Below are positions 62,045 through 64,000 of a stretch of 64,000 nt of DNA, one piece after another. Numbering within the stretch: the first letter of the stretch is position 1; every line of letters starts with the position of its first letter. The translations under genes were made by a program, and so were the position numbers. The DNA lies in the NCBI GenBank assembly GCA_016196625.1, contig JACPXH010000007.1:150461-214460 (forward strand), read 5' to 3'. The notes beneath the pieces were generated by a model. That model was not told the origin of the DNA and ran no database searches. It saw only the letters and a program-made list of their open reading frames with translations. The DNA comes from Candidatus Parcubacteria bacterium. GTDB taxonomy: Bacteria > Patescibacteriota > Minisyncoccia > JACPXH01.

Positions 62045-63126
62045 AGTTCATAGTAGAGTTTTTCGTACTCATCGACCATTCGCTCTTTGCTGAAATTATC
62101 TTCCGTATATTTGCGAACCGCGCCGCGATCAATTTGATCAATCCATCCCATCGCTTCAATAAGTTTTTCGATGTCACTCTCGATCACAAAGCCGCTTTTG
62201 CCGTCTTTGATAAGTTCTTCCATCGACCCACGCTTATACGCAATCACGGGCGTGCCGCACGCCATCGCTTCTGCAACCACAAGACCGAATGGCTCTTCCC
62301 ATTCAATGGGGTACAAAAGTGCCCTGGCACTGCCGTAAAAGTCAGGAAGTTCATTATCCTTAAGTTCGCCCACATATTGTATCTTTTCATTAATATGCGG
62401 CTTGATAATTTTTTCAAAATACTCCTGTTGGGTGGGATCAATTCTTCCCGCTAGGAGAAGTTCGGCATTTAGTCGCTCGCATGCCGCAATGGCATTCTCA
62501 ACGCCCTTATGTTTATTCATCCGCGCGATCCAGATAAAATGTTCGCCGCCTTTTTTGTTGAAGTGAAAATGTTCGAGATCGATGCCGTTGTAGATGACCC
62601 GGCTTTTGGGCAAATCTACCATCGCAAGTTTCCGCGCCGATTCGCTGATGAATACGATGTCGGTGCGAGACGATTCTTCGGTAAAAAGCCGCAGCCGATC
62701 ATCTTTAGTGGCATCGGCGTTGGTGCGGTAAAGAGGGTTATGCATGGTGTGTATTGAAGGAACTTTCGTCAGGTTTTGAAAAAAGAGCGCCCAGAGATCA
62801 AGGTGGGAGTGAACAATATCAAACGCGCCATTATTCGCCATTTCGAATGCTGCTGAAAGATTTCTTAAATTCCAGATAGGATTTGACCAAGAGATATTTG
62901 CCTCGCTTAGAGACCTGTCAAAAACCGAGACGAGTTTTGCGGAAGTTCGCGAACCGGGAGCCGCAAAAAGCGTTATTTCGTGCCCTCGGAGCGTGAGCTC
63001 TTCCGCGAGCATCGAAACAATGCGCTCAATCCCGCCGTATCCTTTCGGCGGAATGGTAAACCAAAGGGGTGCTACTTGAGCGATACGCAGGTTTTTTCCG
63101 ATTCGTTTTTTACGCAAGTTTTTCAT
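62026..63126 (-). CDS. Glycosyltransferase family 4
   Basis: LRIAQVAPLW..IPP.GYGGIER, IYNGID, EEPFGLVVAEAMACGTPV; start uncertain. Confidence 0.93.
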   Translation of the reverse strand: MKNLRKKRIGKNLRIAQVAPLWFTIPPKGYGGIERIVSMLAEELTLRGHEITLFAAPGSRTSAKLVSVFDRSLSEANISWSNPIWNLRNLSAAFEMANNGAFDIVHSHLDLWALFFQNLTKVPSIHTMHNPLYRTNADATKDDRLRLFTEESSRTDIVFISESARKLAMVDLPKSRVIYNGIDLEHFHFNKKGGEHFIWIARMNKHKGVENAIAACERLNAELLLAGRIDPTQQEYFEKIIKPHINEKIQYVGELKDNELPDFYGSARALLYPIEWEEPFGLVVAEAMACGTPVIAYKRGSMEELIKDGKSGFVIESDIEKLIEAMGWIDQIDRGAVRKYTEDNFSKERMVDEYEKLYYELCLKQR

Positions 63127-64000
63127 AGATTTTCTCATATTTATCAACCATTTGTTTCAAAGAAAACTTCTCTTCAATCGTCTTGCGGCATGTCTTTCGA
63201 TTAATTTCCGGGAGCCGTTCTGTCGCCTTAATCATTTCCTCCGGCGCATCCACGACGAAACCGGTTCTCCCATGTTCTATTATTTCGGGCACCGAACCTT
63301 TTCTAAAACCAATCACCGGGGTTCCGCAAGCCATCGCTTCTGTCATAACAAGGCCAAACGGTTCTCGACGATCAATTGGAAAAAGAAGCGCTCTGGCATT
63401 TTTCAAAAGTTCCACTTTTTCTTCAAAATTCACTTGTCCGCGAAAACTGATGTGCTCATCATTGAGACGCGGTTGGATTTCATGCAGGAAGAATGACCAC
63501 TCGGCGTTTCCCGCGCTGTTTCCGGCGATAATCAGTTTCTGCCCCGCGGCTCTAGCCACTTCGATGGCGGTCAGCACGCCTTTCTCCATGTTAAGGCGGC
63601 TCAAATACAAAAGATAATCGCCGGGAGAATCATTGAATTCGTAACGCGCGGGATCGATGCCGTTATAGACCACGCCGCATACGGGAACGCCGAACTCCTC
63701 AATGCTTTTTTTATGATCTTCAGAAATCGCCACAAATTTGATTTTGTGGTAGGCCTTCATTGCCTCGGCGTACTGCTTGTCTACCGGCCGATGAACCGTA
63801 GTCAGAAATTGCGGACAATCAAGTCGAAGCGAGAGCGGAAACATGAAAAAGTTGAAATGGTTGTGGAGAATGTCGAATTCATAAAACCGATCAAATACCT
63901 CTTTCAACATCTGCATCACCGGCGCGTGCGGATTTTTCAATTCGTGGTCAAGCCAAATTGCCTTTTCGATGACAGGAATGAATTTTGCGGATGTTTTTGA
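63110..64000 (-). CDS. Glycosyltransferase family 4 (5' end outside window)
   Basis: VYNGID, LSRLNMEKG, EPFGLVMTEAMACGTPV; frame open to window end. Confidence 0.92.
   Translation of the reverse strand, partial: SKTSAKFIPVIEKAIWLDHELKNPHAPVMQMLKEVFDRFYEFDILHNHFNFFMFPLSLRLDCPQFLTTVHRPVDKQYAEAMKAYHKIKFVAISEDHKKSIEEFGVPVCGVVYNGIDPARYEFNDSPGDYLLYLSRLNMEKGVLTAIEVARAAGQKLIIAGNSAGNAEWSFFLHEIQPRLNDEHISFRGQVNFEEKVELLKNARALLFPIDRREPFGLVMTEAMACGTPVIGFRKGSVPEIIEHGRTGFVVDAPEEMIKATERLPEINRKTCRKTIEEKFSLKQMVDKYEKIYEKLA

Overview
Bacterial chromosomal window in genetic code 11, most consistent with a Patescibacteria/CPR (Parcubacteria-like) genome. This is inferred from gene content, a short UvrC, core genes lacking Shine-Dalgarno sites, pilin-like membrane proteins and dense palindromic micro-repeats. 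Core genes are recA, rpsF-ssb-rpsR, ychF, trpS, rnj, secG, uvrC, uvrA, groES-groEL (with CIRCE), lemA, htpX, dnaG-rpoD, tRNA-Leu(CAG) and tRNA-Ser(GGA). Accessory content includes a Phd/RelE toxin-antitoxin pair, a SET-domain protein, surface proteins and a GT4/glucosidase cluster. The most notable observations are four. (1) A TrpR/YerC-like gene sits between lemA and htpX, bracketed by two perfect palindromes (core CGCTACAATGTATCGATACATTGTAGCG), and three solo copies with co-varying arms occur elsewhere. (2) A truncated SecA paralog lies directly upstream of a ~3,730-aa surface protein, a candidate dedicated export pair. (3) A structured repeat with compensatory substitutions occurs in two copies. 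(4) Several palindromic repeat families are present, some inserted in-frame into proteins. All family assignments come from motif recognition by eye; no database search was run.
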